Shown piece after piece: positions 1 to 13,359 of a stretch of DNA of 64,000 bases (the stretch's first letter is position 1; the number at the start of each line of letters is the position of its first letter). The stretch covers positions 44,268,001 to 44,332,000 of the forward strand of contig JANJGN010000002.1 in NCBI GenBank assembly GCA_026770705.1, written 5' to 3'. The notes under the pieces are model-generated. The model worked only from the letters and a program-made list of their open reading frames with translations, did no database searches and was not told where the DNA came from. This stretch comes from Isurus oxyrinchus. Its lineage: Eukaryota. A program made the translations under genes and the position numbers.

Positions 1-391
1 AATCCTCGAAGGAGAGGAGCTGAAATCCCCTATGAGAAAGACAGTGTTTGAAAGATTTTTTTATGTGCTTCACAGTGATCACTGACGTCTGGATGGGCTG
101 CTGAGAAATTCGTGGGTTCTATGTTGGTTGTGTCTGCCATTTGGCAGGCAGTTTGTGGTTTGTGCTCAATCAGAGTTTTCCTGTTAATTCACGTTTACCT
201 CATATTAATTCTGGATGTTTGAGCATAAGATAGACAGTATTGACTGCTTACTTTGTTCAGTCTTGTATAGTAAAAATTCTCCTGATTGTTTAAAACCATT
301 GAATCTTGTTGCTTTACTCTTTTAATAACCGGGATTTCAAATTTTGTCTTCTTTACAATGAAATTTACTCATCCCCGACCGGATTGTAACA
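1..391 (+). mobile_element. Possible 3' part of an LTR (Gypsy-like), truncated by the window edge
   Basis: Ends in ...CCGACCGGATTGTAACA, an LTR-type CA terminus; no internal sequence or second LTR visible. Confidence 0.35.
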
Positions 392-1030
392 CAGTAGATT
401 TTTATCTTCCTATGGCATGCATTAAACACTGCGACTGCTTATTGACAGGAGTCTGAAGCATTTGTTTATTTAAGACAACATGACTGTTTCAAATTACATA
501 CAACACTCTGTTAAGCATTTACAAAATGTTTTCTAAATAATGCTATCCTCATTCTGTTTTAAACTTAACAATTGATGTGGCAGTGATGTGATGCTTTACA
601 CCATTTCCTAATAACCGATAAGGCAAGAAAACAAACTCACTGTTGTTTCAGTCATGATTCTAATCTTATGTAATCAAGGCTACTCTCAAAGGTCTTAACA
701 GAAATGAATTTATAAGACAAAGGTTTCTGAATTGCGAGAATGGCCAAGGAAGGAAGCATACAATGCTTGGGTAGAGGCAGGGGAAGACTACATTACAATC
801 ACCCTGTATTATGAGATTTTAACAGTGGGAGCAAAGTAGAAATTGCTACATTCCAACGGATGGTTATTTCTCACATTTTATGATTACAAAACAATATTAA
901 ACAAGAACAAAATGGCTGCAAAATATTTTGTAAAATAGGCTGTTTAGTCAGACCAACTTGAAAACTGCATCCAGTTCTGGTCATTTGTACTGTCTTCTGT
1001 TCCAGTCATCAAAAAACAAGGGAGATATTT

Positions 1031-1764
1031 GGGTGGAATTTAACATCCCTCTTCCCCACCCCCCTAAACGGAGGTGCGTTCAGAGCTGGGGTGTTGGTTT
1101 GGGGGTGGGGGGGTGGGGGGGGGGTGGCGGGTGTGGGTGGACAGGTGTATGATCTGCCAGGAGGGTGCGGTGTGGAGATCCTGCAGCCTTCTCAACCCCC
1201 TCCAATTAAGTCTGCGGTGGGAAGGCTTGAGGACAGCCTTCCTGTCTGGGGGCCAATCGAGGCCCTCAAGTGTGGTGGACTTACCTGCAGCCTCCTGTGT
1301 TGGGGGGGGTGGGGAGGGGGCAAGTCCTACATACTCAGGCTCTCTGTGCTATATCGAGGGATCCAGAATCACAAATGGGGAGAACTGCAGGAAGTCACCC
1401 CGTCATCCCTTTGCTGTCGGTCGCCCCCTCCACCCCCAATCTCACTGGTAACCCCCTATCCCACCATACTACCTGACTCCAGAGGGTCTATCATCAATCC
1501 TTTGCATTGGCCCAAGTGCAGTTACAGCAGTGGCTACCAATCTCAGAGGCACTGCCTCTAATTGGCCAGCAGCTCCTGGAGGCAGGATATCCTTCCCACA
1601 TTAGATGATTCAGCGATTTAATGTCCCCCTTAGAGCCTGGAACCCTGGTGAAAGGGTTCTCGCTGTCAATTAGACACTTTATTCCATCGGGTCTTCCAGA
1701 GATCAGGTCAGTGGGAATGTTACCAGAATTCGTCATAGAAGTTGGGTCTCCCAAAATTCCACCC
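1031..1764. mobile_element. Non-autonomous TIR element (PIF/Harbinger-like MITE)
   Basis: Terminal inverted repeat GGGTGGAATTT (1031-1041) / AAATTCCACCC (1754-1764); GC-rich interior with TAATTGGCC/CAATTAAG motifs shared with other MITEs in the window. Confidence 0.6.
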
Positions 1765-2367
1765 ATTCAAGTGCTGAATGGAGTTCAGAAAAGAGCCATA
1801 AGACTGATTCTAGCATTAAACACTGAATTATTAGGAAAGACTGGAGAAACCTAGGCTACATTTTCATCCTTGGCACCCTGGCAAGAGCTTGAAATTCCTA
1901 GCATGTGAATCATTGTGCTAGGAACAGTAAACACAAAATACAACATTTTAGCCTTGTAAAGGGGTAACTGAGAGGTATATCTATATAATCGACAATATAT
2001 ATATTAAAAAATTGAGCAAAATTATGGTACCCACTGAAGCGGGTTTTATGGCTGGAGGGGCCATAGAATGTGCAGGAGCAGGCGAGTTAGATTCCCAAAG
2101 GCAGAAACTGATGGCAGCAGGTGGGAAGGCAGCAGGGAGGTGAACCTGCATCAACCCTGCAGATAGCCAATTAAGATTGTTAAGAAGGCAGTTGAGAGAC
2201 ATTTGTATGTTGCTGAACACAATTAAATGAGTGGTGAGCGAGTATCATGGGCCATCAGACCCCTGATCAGTGAAAGCTGGCGCTGTTGAAGCGAGGTTGT
2301 CTGAAGTGGAAGGTCAGCCATTTTGCAGCTGCCTTCCACCGGAGGCCAGGAGGAGTTCAGAAAGCTG

Positions 2368-2472
2368 TAGGCTGAGGGGTAGAGATCGGGTGGGGAGGGC
2401 CTGATGGTACAGGCTGAGGGGTACAGATCAGTGGGGAGGGCCTGGTGGCACAGGCTGAGGGGTATAGATCGG
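2368..2472. repeat. Minisatellite, ~41-bp unit x2.5
   Basis: AGGCTGAGGGGTA(G/C/T)AGATC.. occurs three times, separated by GTGGGGAGGGCCTG.TGG.AC. Confidence 0.85.
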
Positions 2473-2588
2473 CACTTTAAATCCAGGGGCAGCAGCCATT
2501 CAAAGGGATAAAATCAGACCCATGGTGATCACAAATATTAATAGTCGTTTCATAGTATAGAACTTGAGTATTGCTGAACAAAGACACA

Positions 2589-2624
2589 AGTTGAAACTTT
2601 TCGTCTTGCACTCATCAGGGCAAT
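2589..2624 (-). ncRNA. Minimal hammerhead ribozyme motif of a Penelope-like element remnant
   Basis: Minus strand reads ..CCTGATGA-GT GCAAG AC-GAAA-AGTT-TC..: canonical CUGAUGA and GAAA cores with a very short helix II; helix I and III are degenerate. Confidence 0.55.
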
Positions 2625-2632
2625 CCTACCAA

Positions 2633-3321
2633 GGGCAGGAGTTTCGGGTGGTCAGGCGGGTGTGGCAGGCAAGGCCCGGGAGTGGCTGGGAAAGGGCCTG
2701 CTGTCCACAATTGGCCCCCAACCACGATTTCGCGCTGGCTGCCCAATTAACGGCCAGCCAGCGTGAACTGCGCTCTGAAAGACTCAGTGCTGCCGGATGG
2801 GGGCAGGAGGAGGGCGAGTGCTGAAGTCAGCACAGGCGCGAGGGAGCGAGCAATGAAAGTTCCGTGAAGGCAGACAGTTGCTTCAGGGAGCTGAAGAATT
2901 TTAAAACCAAAAAATAAAGATTTTAAGATCCCAGAAAAAAATTCCACACACAGGACTCACTCACCTGAACACATAGGTAATAAAAATTCTGTCAAAACAT
3001 TTTAAAAGATAATTTAACTCGGAAACCTCATCCCACCCGTGGATGAGATTTCCTCAAAAATCCAAAGGCCGCCTGGCCGATTTATCCATCCGCCAAACAT
3101 AAGGTTGGATGGGGAGCAGAAAATTGCTCTTAATTAATATGTTAAAGGCCTTAATAGGCCCCTTAATTGTTGGCAGGTGCACTGTCAACTCTCACGCGCG
3201 CCCACTGACCGAAATATCGGGTTAGTGTGCGATGATGTCAGGACGCACACCCGACATCTTCGCCCACTATTCTACACCCGATCGGGTTGGGCGCACGCCC
3301 GCGTGATGTAAAATTCGGACC
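2633..3321. mobile_element. Harbinger-type MITE, multi-hairpin family
   Basis: Degenerate TIRs GGGCAGGAGTTT / AAAATTCGGACCC; internal GGAAACCTCATCC..GGATGAGATTTCC hairpin and CCAAACATAAGGTTGG; homologous to 12696, 18053, 45556 and 53668. Confidence 0.7.
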
Positions 3322-3596
3322 CAAAATTAAAGGGAACAGCAATTTATACCTCATGAGAAGAGGGTGCTGATTTGTTAGCAAGTGGACTCTGATTGGTAGA
3401 GGTGCTGCCATGGAGAATGCACCAGTTAACTAATGACTGACAGTTAACTGGCAAGATTTGTTTAAATTCAAACCAGGCAGGTTGACTCTGATTGGTTAAG
3501 ACATTGCCAAGGGGAATGAACTAAAGAATGGCCGTTGCCTATTTTGCTTAGTTGAAACAGGCACAATGTGTGCACATGTTCTGTCTGCAAAGAACA

Positions 3597-3906
3597 GGGC
3601 TGATGTCAGAACTGACATCAGTGCCTGCCCGTGCCGATGTCAGCACCCGCCCACGCCAACGTCAGCCCCCACCCGTGCTCAGGCTGACGTCAGCCCCTGC
3701 CTGTGCCTGCGCTGATATCAATGCCTGCCCCCTTCCCGCACCCCCCCCCCCACCCCCCCCCCCCCCCCCCCCGGCAGCGCTGAGCTTCTCAGTGCGCATT
3801 TCACGCTGGTTGGCCGTTAATTGGCCATCCAGTGTGAAATCAGGGTCAGGGGCCGACTGTCCATTCCCCGGCTGATCCCGGGCCCGGCGTCCTAAAAATT
3901 CTGCCC
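3597..3906. mobile_element. Partial MITE with repeated TGACGTCA-like palindromes and a poly-C tract
   Basis: Ends in AAAATTCTGCCC (family TIR); about six (C)TGA(C/T)GTCAG variants at 3598-3722; poly-C at ~3740-3772. Confidence 0.6.
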
Positions 3907-6379
3907 TAAGTCACCAAACAGTAAAAAAGGAATGCTGAGCAATGCAACATGTAAGGTTAAGGTCACAGAGTATGTACTTCAGCCACAGAGATTTTGTTTG
4001 AGTATAATGCAGAATGGCTCACTTGGAATAGACTTTGCAAACTGTGAATATTAAATATGTCAACACAGTCCCCTAATTACTATTAAGTAAACAAATCAGA
4101 TTCTAGTCATATGGTCAGTTCCATATATTGCTGGATCAAAACGATTTCGAAATAAGTTTTACAATCACCCAGAAGGGCAAAATTTTATCTGACACATATC
4201 ATTTTAAATCCCTTATCTCACTGTTTTCCAGGATTAGAAAATACAAAAATTTCATATTTCAGTACAAAGTCTCAATTTTTGTTACAACTCAATGTGAAAT
4301 GTGAGTCCCAAGAATATATTGCAAAGTTGAACTGTTCACCAACACTTTCACACTGTTACATGCTAAGTTTCCACTTTCCCGTTCCAATGGTCTAAAGCAA
4401 ACCCTTGCCTCTATTGAGCTTTTGTACAACCTGTCTTCTACTTAGTTGGAAACATAATCAGACTTCAAAGAACAAGCTTTTCAACCAATTAAGAAAGGGG
4501 TTTTTAATGAGCTGGGTTAGTTAAGAAGGACAGAGTAAATTGTAGGAAGAAAATATAAAATATACATAAAAGGATTAATTAATTGATCAAAACAGTTAGA
4601 TAATGAAGGATAAATGTAAAATTCATTTTATTTTGGTATTTTTAATATTTTATGTTAGTGACAGTTTGACAGTAAACCAATTTCTGATACCTTCTCAGCA
4701 GTATTGGTACAAAATAAAAATGGAGGGTCTCCATCAGTACTCCTTGTAAACAAAAGCTACAAAAGATTAATACTTAACTGACACCATTGACAATTTGCTT
4801 TTGATTTACATTTCACTTTACTCCCCTCGGGTATATAGTTCTATTAGTGGCAGCAGCCCTATGGTACCCCAACAAATAACCTTTGTTTATGTATGAGTTC
4901 AAATAATGAGAGTCCCAGCTGAGCTTGGGCTTGTCCTGACCCAGACCATGTGTGCACATGCAAGCACACACACACTTTCCAGCAAGGGCCACTAAGTAGC
5001 GACATGGGTCAAGAATCATTCACCTCCTTCGTACACAGGACACAAGACACTTAAATGTCAAACACTTCCCCCTTTTGGTGAGAAGGTGCTCTGAAAAGTT
5101 GGACCACCACAAAGACAGCTTCAGTTTCCATCCTTGGTTTCTGAGGAGTGTAATATTCATTGCCATGTTCCAAGGTAGATCAGAACCTGGCTACGTTTCT
5201 CCATCCACAGGTTTCTCTCTCTTGCAGGTAGCACCATCACAGCTATCTCTGCTCAGGTCAGCTAACTCAGTAGACATCAAGGATAACACTGGGAATTTTC
5301 AGGATTGTATAGCTGAGTGTTGCATAGCATTTCTTGGCTCACTTGACATCAGAAGAGTTACTATTTTTAAGATAAGTATTCCTGTTGGAGCAATGAGTAC
5401 TCATCATGGGGGATTTACTTCAGAAAAGCTGCAGAATCAAGATAAGGAGCCAGCGTGAATAGTCGTCATTCTAGCTACTAATTTAACAGGGTGAGTAATG
5501 CCAGGGGAGCCATACATTTATTCGTTAATTGTATCGGGTGATTTTAGAAAATGCAGCTCTCAGGGGGAGCACAACCATGGTGCCACTCTAACAATGTAGA
5601 AGTACTGTTTACTCCCAAAGTCAGCTTCTCCTAATTAACTCATTATTTACTACTTCAAACCCAAAGGCTGCTGGAGGGAATTCGAGATGTGGGAACTGGT
5701 TAGTTAGGTTAATGGCTTTTTGGTACCAACATATGATTGAGTAGTTGGACATGAGTTTGTGCTCAAAATGTCTCAACTGTAATATCCAAATATTGACCTT
5801 AATATCATGGAAGGGACCTGAAGAGTCTGTGAGGCATCAATCAGCAGGTTGACATAAATAAATTCAAAACATCAAATTAATCTTGCAGATCCACTGATAG
5901 CAGCAACTGCTAGAGTTCACTGATCCACTAACATAATAGACACTTAAAAAGGATAACATTTTATACAGCTTAAACCAACAGCTATTAAAAGCAGCTTATA
6001 CACAGTGCTGGCATCAGAATGCATTAACTGGGCCAGCTCACTCAACACTGGTCTGTAACATGTCTATTTTTCCAACTTCCATCACCTCAACCGCTAAATA
6101 CTGTATTAGCTGAATTTGAGAAACAAGCTTGAGTAAGACAAACTGGCCCAAATGTTTAGTGGTTCCTCCCTTACACCAATTTCAAATAAAAGCACAAGAA
6201 AATTAAAAACCAAACCTGGGGAGATACCACTGAAAATTCTTCAATTTTCTAAATCAAATCTGAGATCTAATGGGGCGTACACAAAATGGGAGCATTAACT
6301 TCAGCCCACCTGAAACAGGAGAGCTGTAAATCTCAAGATCTCCTAATTCATTGCTGCCTTTGTGCCAATTGAACACCTA

Positions 6380-7108
6380 GGAAGGAATTTAATTCCTTCA
6401 GCAGAAGCAGGCGGGGAGGCTGCTGGTATGGCCGTAGAACCGGGAGGTGCGGCAGGTGGCAGAGTGCCCATCGCCTTCTCAACTCTCAGCTTGATTAAGT
6501 CAGAGGCAGGAAGGCTGAGGACTGTCTTCCCACCTGGTAGCCAATTGAGCCTTTAAGTGGCCAATTAAGGACAACTTAAGTGCCTCTTCCCACCTCTGGC
6601 TGGCAGCAGCAGGGAGCTGTTTGCCACATGGGGAACCACCCAATAAAAGCTGGCAGGCTCCATGCGGGCTTGGGGACAGGGCCTACTAATTGGATACCCT
6701 ATGACCCCTGATTGGATACCCCATGGCCCATTTCGGGCCTTCTCAGGCAAGGGCCAGTCTGGCTGAAAGAGTCCCCCATCCCCTCCTTTGCCAAGGCCTG
6801 CCTGACTGGCCCCACTGAGCCCAATCCGTTCACCTGTATTCTGGGCTCTTCAACATGGCTGCTGTTCCGGGGCTGCTACAGCCCAGCACTGACCACTGCT
6901 CTCTGTGGTGCTGCTGAGATTGTAGAGTAGCCCTCCGACTGACTGGCAGTTCTTAGAGGCAGCCTCTTCACCTTTAAACACATGGGAGCCCTGATGGCAG
7001 GCAGTTAACTGCTTGATTGACATTTAATTACATCAGGGCTTCCAAAAATGGCCAGGACAGGGATGCCACCAGCTTTCTGGCCACTGCCTTGGACAGTAAA
7101 TTCAGCCC
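6380..7108. mobile_element. Degenerate Harbinger-like MITE
   Basis: GGAAGGAATTTA.. / ..TAAATTCAGCCC termini; internal CCAATTGAG..TTAAGTGGCCAATTAAGG motif shared with the 1031 and 20905 elements. Confidence 0.5.
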
Positions 7109-10100
7109 TATTCTCCTGGAGAAGTGGGCCATTAAAGCATTATGAGGAATTTGGGTGACAAAGTTAGCGTGCTCCCACACAATATCCTATTCATGGAAAT
7201 TAATATGCATTCCAGTTGCGTAAGCTTTCATCAATTCTGAAATTTGGTCATGGGCTGTAGAAGCTGCATTCCTGTTTGTTTCTTTCCCCATGCTCTCCAA
7301 CATTCTCAAACTGGTCGCTACTATCCTTCGCATGAAAATTATTTTGTGTGAACTCTTCTGAATATGCGTGAGGTGAAGGAAGATAAGAAAAGTTCAGACA
7401 CCAGAGGATTATACCCAGTTCCATTGGAAGATGTCAAAAACATAATGAAAATGATTATCACTCTAAAGAGGTAGAAAAGTTTTGCATTCCATTGAGTATT
7501 CTCTTCTGGTATGAAACATACCAAGATCTATAAGATCAAGCCACTTGAAATAGAAATTTGTTTTCATTTGAAAAATAACAATGATCTCTCAAGCACTCCT
7601 GCATTCTGTCCATGTCAAGCAACTAAGCAATTTACTCTTTTAAATTAACATCCAGATACAGAGCAAGGACAGTGTTTAAAATAAAATCTCAGTGACTGTA
7701 GGACTTTTGCATCAGCTCAATGGGGAGAACAAATGCAGAATAGCATTTCTCAAGGCACAATTCAACAGAAAAGCCTAGTAAGGTAATCATTTAACTGCCT
7801 TCAATAAAGAATTTGAACCAAGCATTTAAGCATTCAAGATATGCATTAAAACGGATTTCAGGAAATAATGTTTACCTAACCCACCCAGTGGGAAACTTGA
7901 TGGGGGTTGATTTTCATTATCTTTAACTGATATCAATGGTCCATAACAGTGATGCGCTTGCTCCACTCTGATGTGAGGTGTTCAAATACCTGGCTGTTTT
8001 CAGGTGATAGGCCCCATTTAATTTGGAAATGGAGGCACTATGATGTTAATAGTTTGTCATTGTAGTCATAACAGGTTGAAGCCTATGCAGTTAAGGCTCC
8101 AATCAGTTTCACAGGCAATGAATCAAAAATTCTACAAAACAATGCACTGAATTACTTTTGTGGGCTTCAAAGATCTGATCTACAGTGACCCTGAAAGCCC
8201 CCCCACCCTCAATGATAACAACCCATCAAGGCTCCCCTCCCCCAAAAAACGTAGTTTGCTGCCAGCCATCCTGGCCCAATCTTGAGACCACTAGCTTGAT
8301 AAATTAATGAGATTAGGACCACAAAATCGAGTGATCTTCTACAGTACTGGAGCAGGTGGTCATCCAATGCACTCCACCAGCTGGTCACCCGAAGGACAAA
8401 ATCAATCCAATGCAATCAGAAAATGGCCTCCCGGTCTAACTCACTATTGATATCAAAGAAAAAAATCAGGCCATGTGTAAAATAAACAGCCAATCTGATC
8501 ATTGCCCGTTTTCTAAATCAGGGCGGATTAGTTCAAAATTATCACTCTGTCTTCTTTGGATATCAAAATTCTTCTCAGTAAATGGAGAATATTCAAGTTA
8601 TAACTCTTGTCCCTGATTTTAGCTAGCTCATCAATTCTAGATTGATAAAGTAATAAAATATCTCTAAATTCCAAATATAGTACAGGTATTCTTTTGTTCT
8701 TACAATACAAAAAGTACTGTTTTCACTTGAAATTGGTAGATTATGTGCCAGCCTGACATGATGGAATTGGAATTGTTGAAGGCCTTCACTGAATAAGAGA
8801 AGATTACGAACAAAATTCTAACTGATAATGTATTGTAACAAGTTTAAAGCTGATGTATCAAGACTGAATTTTTTGAACACCTATCTGCCTGCCATGAGCA
8901 TACATCAAGAAATCGCATGAAAGCTTCTATAATTTTGTGACCACAAGAAAGATAGACAGAAAATCGTGAATAGCACAGCTGCAAATAATGCGGATAAGGT
9001 TCTCTACTAAGGGTGTGTTTGTAAAATCAATTTCATCAGCAAAACCTTGTTAGGAAGAATCCACAATGTGAAATTTCCATTGCAGAAGTGCTAAGACAAA
9101 GGGGTGCAAAGGCACTCCATTTCTGTTTGGGTACTGTTTATAAGCAATTCAAGGCACAAAGTGAAAGCAGCTCATTGTAAGTGGATCAAAATCAGGATGC
9201 TGAGCTATGTGGTTCAGGAAAAATACTTTTGTTAATGTCACAATAGGCAAAAAGCATCCACATGAAGGAATAGTTCCAGGTTAAACAGTAAGCCTAATAT
9301 GAATAGCTAGTTATATGAATTACCTTTTCGCATCAGTTAGGTCAACAAAATGGTATCCTTTTCTGAGACAAAGAACACTCTTTGTCCAAAAGTATATATA
9401 CTAACATCTGTTCTTATTTTTTATGGCAGCTACTTTCCTTCCTGATTCCTTTCTTGTTTTATCAAATTTGCTTACAAAAATGAGTATCACTGAACCTCTC
9501 CTGCATTAAACATGTCTGTCTACATGGATTAACATATTCAGGGACACTCATTTTCAGCTTGGGATTGTTACAGGTGGTCTCTGGTGTGTCTCTACAGAGC
9601 AACAGATGGAAGACTGAATGCTCACACACAAACAGGCCTGATGTTTTATTAAGCATGTATTCAAAAACTGGGAATCGAAAAATCATCAAGGTTGGACCTG
9701 TAAAACTCAACTATCTAGTTTGGATAGTTGGTTACTGTCGATTGAAGCTGGTTGTGGAAGGAGTTAGAAATACAGAAGACAGCAACAGAAGTTCTCAAAG
9801 ATCAGAGTTATTGCATGGCTGGTATAATGAGTAACCCTATCATAAAAGAACCTCGATTAATTTCTTCAGAGTTGAATCAGATGATCGCATCCAGTACCCA
9901 AAAAATAACCTTGGAAATGGCTACTTGCCAGAGGCTAATGGATTAAACAGTCACCTTTCTTAGCACTTGAGAGTCAATGTCATGACTGATAGACTAATAC
10001 AGATTTCAGTCTGCCACCTTTACTCATCATTAAATACACCAATCTTTATTTACAACCCTGTTCTGCTGCTTTAGGTAATGGAATTGCTGCAGTGCAAATC

Positions 10101-10667
10101 AGATACAAGTGGAAGAAGAAGAGGCACCTACAATAATTAGTGTATTACTTAAGTCTGATTTTACTAGAACATTCAATTACAAAGTACTGAAGGGTATTAT
10201 CTTAGTCTTAAGAACGTGACCTTTATTTCAAAAGATAAATTCATGCTTTGCACACGATCAGTAGCACAGAGCTGAAATAATGAACTTACTAAAATTGACT
10301 TGGTAATTCAATTCATTCTAGAGATACTCATTTTTGATTGATTCCTAGTATTGAATGTCTCTGTAATGAGGAAAGATGAGAGAGAATTGGGGCAGGATTT
10401 TCCTGCAGGTTCTGGAACCCCAATGTCTGGACTCACTTGCCAGCATTGAGACTGGCTCCTGGAGGCAGCCGCCTAATTGGTCACCTCTGAGCTCACCATC
10501 CAATTAAAGATGACGGGTGAGCTCCCGATGCTGCTGGCCCAATCAGAGGGCCAGCAGTTCTGAAGCTTCAGCAGACCCACTGGGAGAGGTGAGGCAGGAT
10601 GGAAATCGAAAGGGTGCCTCCAGGGGTAGGTTTAAACTAAAATTTCAGATAGGCCCAGTCTGTTTTT

Positions 10668-12170
10668 CCCAAAAATATATTTTATTCATAAAATTTATAA
10701 AAGTACATTACATAACAGTTTAAAGTTGACTTTATATAGAGTACAAATGAGATCAGTGTCTTTCAATACAATGAGTGTGAGGGACTCTGAGATGCCTCAC
10801 TACAATTACAGCTTATATTTACAATAATCATTCTATTTCCAACATACAGCTCGAGGAGTTTTACACAATTTCCAACCCCTCAGTGAACCATGGTTAGAGG
10901 GTCCAGTGACCTTTCCCCATTGTACTTTTGTAGCAGTTGCCCCAAGCTGTAGTGCGCCCCCAGCATCTAGCCCTGGGCATTGGAATGTGCCTGTTGCTAT
11001 TCTTTGCACTGGAAGGCCAGCGAGTTCCAGGCAGACCAAAAGGTTTCTTTTAAAGCATTGATAGTCTTCCAGCAGCAGACGATGTTTATCTCAGTGTGCA
11101 TCTCTGGGAACAGCCAATGCAGCACAGAATCACTCTACGTAACTGAGCTGCTTGCTATGAATCTCGATAAGACCCAATACATCTTCTTCCAGGCCTGTTT
11201 TGAAAAGGTACATTCCAGAAGAAGGTAGCCGACCGACTCTTGCCCATCACAGCTGCCTCGAGTGCAGCATGTGGAAAAGGTGAGATCCCAGGCATGTAAG
11301 AAGGATCTGACCACCAGCCAAGTTACATCTTAGTACCAGTTTGAAAGTTCTGGCAATGACGCAATCTGCTAAATGACTTTAATAGTCTACTCAGGGAACC
11401 ATCCAACAGGATCCACCATCTTCTTTTCCTGCAAAGCCTCAAGGACATTATGTGCTGACCACTGTCTGATGAACTTGTGGGTTAAAGGTGTTTCTCTACA
11501 TAAACCTTTCCATGAGAGACAGATGGTATGGCATGGTTCAACTGAATGGAGCATTCCGCAGCAACATGACAGGACCCATCCTTTGCAGCACCAGAAACAG
11601 ATAGATCCTCAGCATGTAGTGACACTTGGTGTTTGCATACCAGGGGTTTATGCACAGCTTGATGCCGCCACACACAATGGTGGCCATCAGGATGAGGATG
11701 ATGCCGGGTACTTTACTCCCCCTTTGTCTACAGGTTTGTACATTATGTCCATGCGGCTATTGTCGATTTTCGATCTCCAGACAAAGCAGAAGCTGGTTCA
11801 GGTGATTGCCACGGCAAAGGAGTGGGGTATGGGCCAGGCTAGTACAACGACACCGAGAGCACCTCACACCTGATGACCAGATTCTTAACCGCAATGGATT
11901 TGGAGCATCACTCCTGCAGTCCTAGTTTTTGTTTTACCACATTTACAAGCTGCTTCTAGGCTTTTAGTGCATGCCCCAGTCTGTCTGAACCAATCACCAG
12001 TACCTTCAGATAATCTGACCTGACTGTGAAAGAGACAAAGGATAACTTGGCTCAGTTCTCAAAGCACATGGTCTCACACTTGCCAGAATTTATATTAGTT
12101 CCTAAGGCCAGTTTGACCTAGTCGTAGATGCTCATCAGTCTGCACAATGACAGCAGATCTGAGCAGATCC
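10668..12170 (-). mobile_element. Degenerate L1/Tx1-clade LINE, 3' part of ORF2
   Basis: Minus strand gives interrupted post-RT Tx1-type peptides (around ..ALPELSNWY*DVTWLVVRSFLHAWD..TCCTRGSCDGQESV..) and an AATAAA near 10680; many stops. Confidence 0.6.
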
Positions 12171-12695
12171 CTACATCATGGTTCTAAGATTATATTGCAA
12201 GATACTAGAGCAGAGGCGTTAATCAATTAATTTTGAATGGGTTAGCATATTCACTTAAAAAACTCAAAAAGAGGAATTTACACACAAAATATTTCCATGT
12301 CATTATTGCGAGATGAACAGAAACTTGCAAATTGGAATTTTGTTAGGTATGCCACGGGCTTTACCACTCCTCACACGTCCAGTTATAGTGCACCCAATTT
12401 TCTAGGCCACGCTTTTTCATTAAACAAATAAGATACATGAAAGAAATTAACTGGCCTTATTCTAATGGAATGTTCATAGTTTATAATTAATGTTAGAGAA
12501 TGCATTATAGCATTGAAATGACTGTTTTCTACTGTACTGTTTATGGTATAAACTCCTTTCGTGGAGACACTGAGGACAGATGGTGCTGTTGTAGTGGGGA
12601 TAGCCATTGCTGTCAGGGGTTGGGCTACTCTATGTGCCATGGAGTGTCCACAAAGGAGAATTCCCCTATCCCAGAGTCAGCTGGGAAGCCAACAG

Positions 12696-13359
12696 GGGCA
12701 TAAATTTCCCCCGTCGGGGAGTGTTGTGCGGGGTGGGTGCAAACCGTGCTGCAATTTTACGTGGCCGGGCCAATTAAGGCCCGCCGAGTGTGATGCGTGG
12801 CTGGAAGTGCTGAGTGCTCCCTGTGCGGGCACGGGGGGGGTTTTCCCTGATTCGGGGCCTGCGCTCTTTCATGCATGTGCGCAAAAGAGTGCAGAAATCT
12901 CCCTGAGGCATAGAGGTGCCTCAGGGAGATTAGTTTAAGATTTAAAAATTTAAGTGAAGAAAAGGAAATATTTTAAGACATGTTCCCTCATGTGACAGTG
13001 TCACATGAGCATGGAGATGTCAAGGAATTTTTTCAAAAGTTTTCTAAAATGAATAAACCCTTCGTGAAACTTCATCCCACCGTGGATGAGGTTTCATGAA
13101 AAATGCGAAGGCCGCCTGGGCTCTTCACCTGCCCACCAACCTTAAGGTTGGACGGGCATCATTCTTAACAACTTTAATTACTTTCTTAATGGCCTTTGAA
13201 AATTCAGCGGGTGCACAGCTGAGCCGGCTGCATGCCCGCCAAACTGACAATCTAAATGACCCGCGGTGACGTTGGGATGCACGCCCGATGTCACCATGCT
13301 TCATTTTACGCGTCGGCGAGCGGGCCCTGCCCCAGCTCGCCGACCCAAAAATTCTTCCC
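12696..13359. mobile_element. Harbinger-type MITE, multi-hairpin family
   Basis: TIRs GGGCATAAATTT / AAATTCTTCCC with a possible 3-bp TSD CAG; four internal hairpins at ~12900, ~12990, ~13061 and 13136. Confidence 0.8.

Noticed and set aside
1088-1140. G-quadruplex-like G-runs (also 35475-35525, C-run 3740-3772)
   Set aside because: Simple low-complexity tracts, mostly in or near repeats; no evidence of function.
7250-7480. Minus-strand exon-like block with a good acceptor
   Set aside because: Early stops or unrecognisable peptides in all frames and no linked exon; insufficient support.
9462-9946. Identical short ORFs in both duplicate copies as a duplicated gene
   Set aside because: Identity reflects the near-identical DNA; ORFs overlap on both strands and show no recognisable domain.
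11373-11873. 166-aa plus-strand ORF conserved in both copies
   Set aside because: Antisense to a decayed Tx1/L1 ORF2 fragment.
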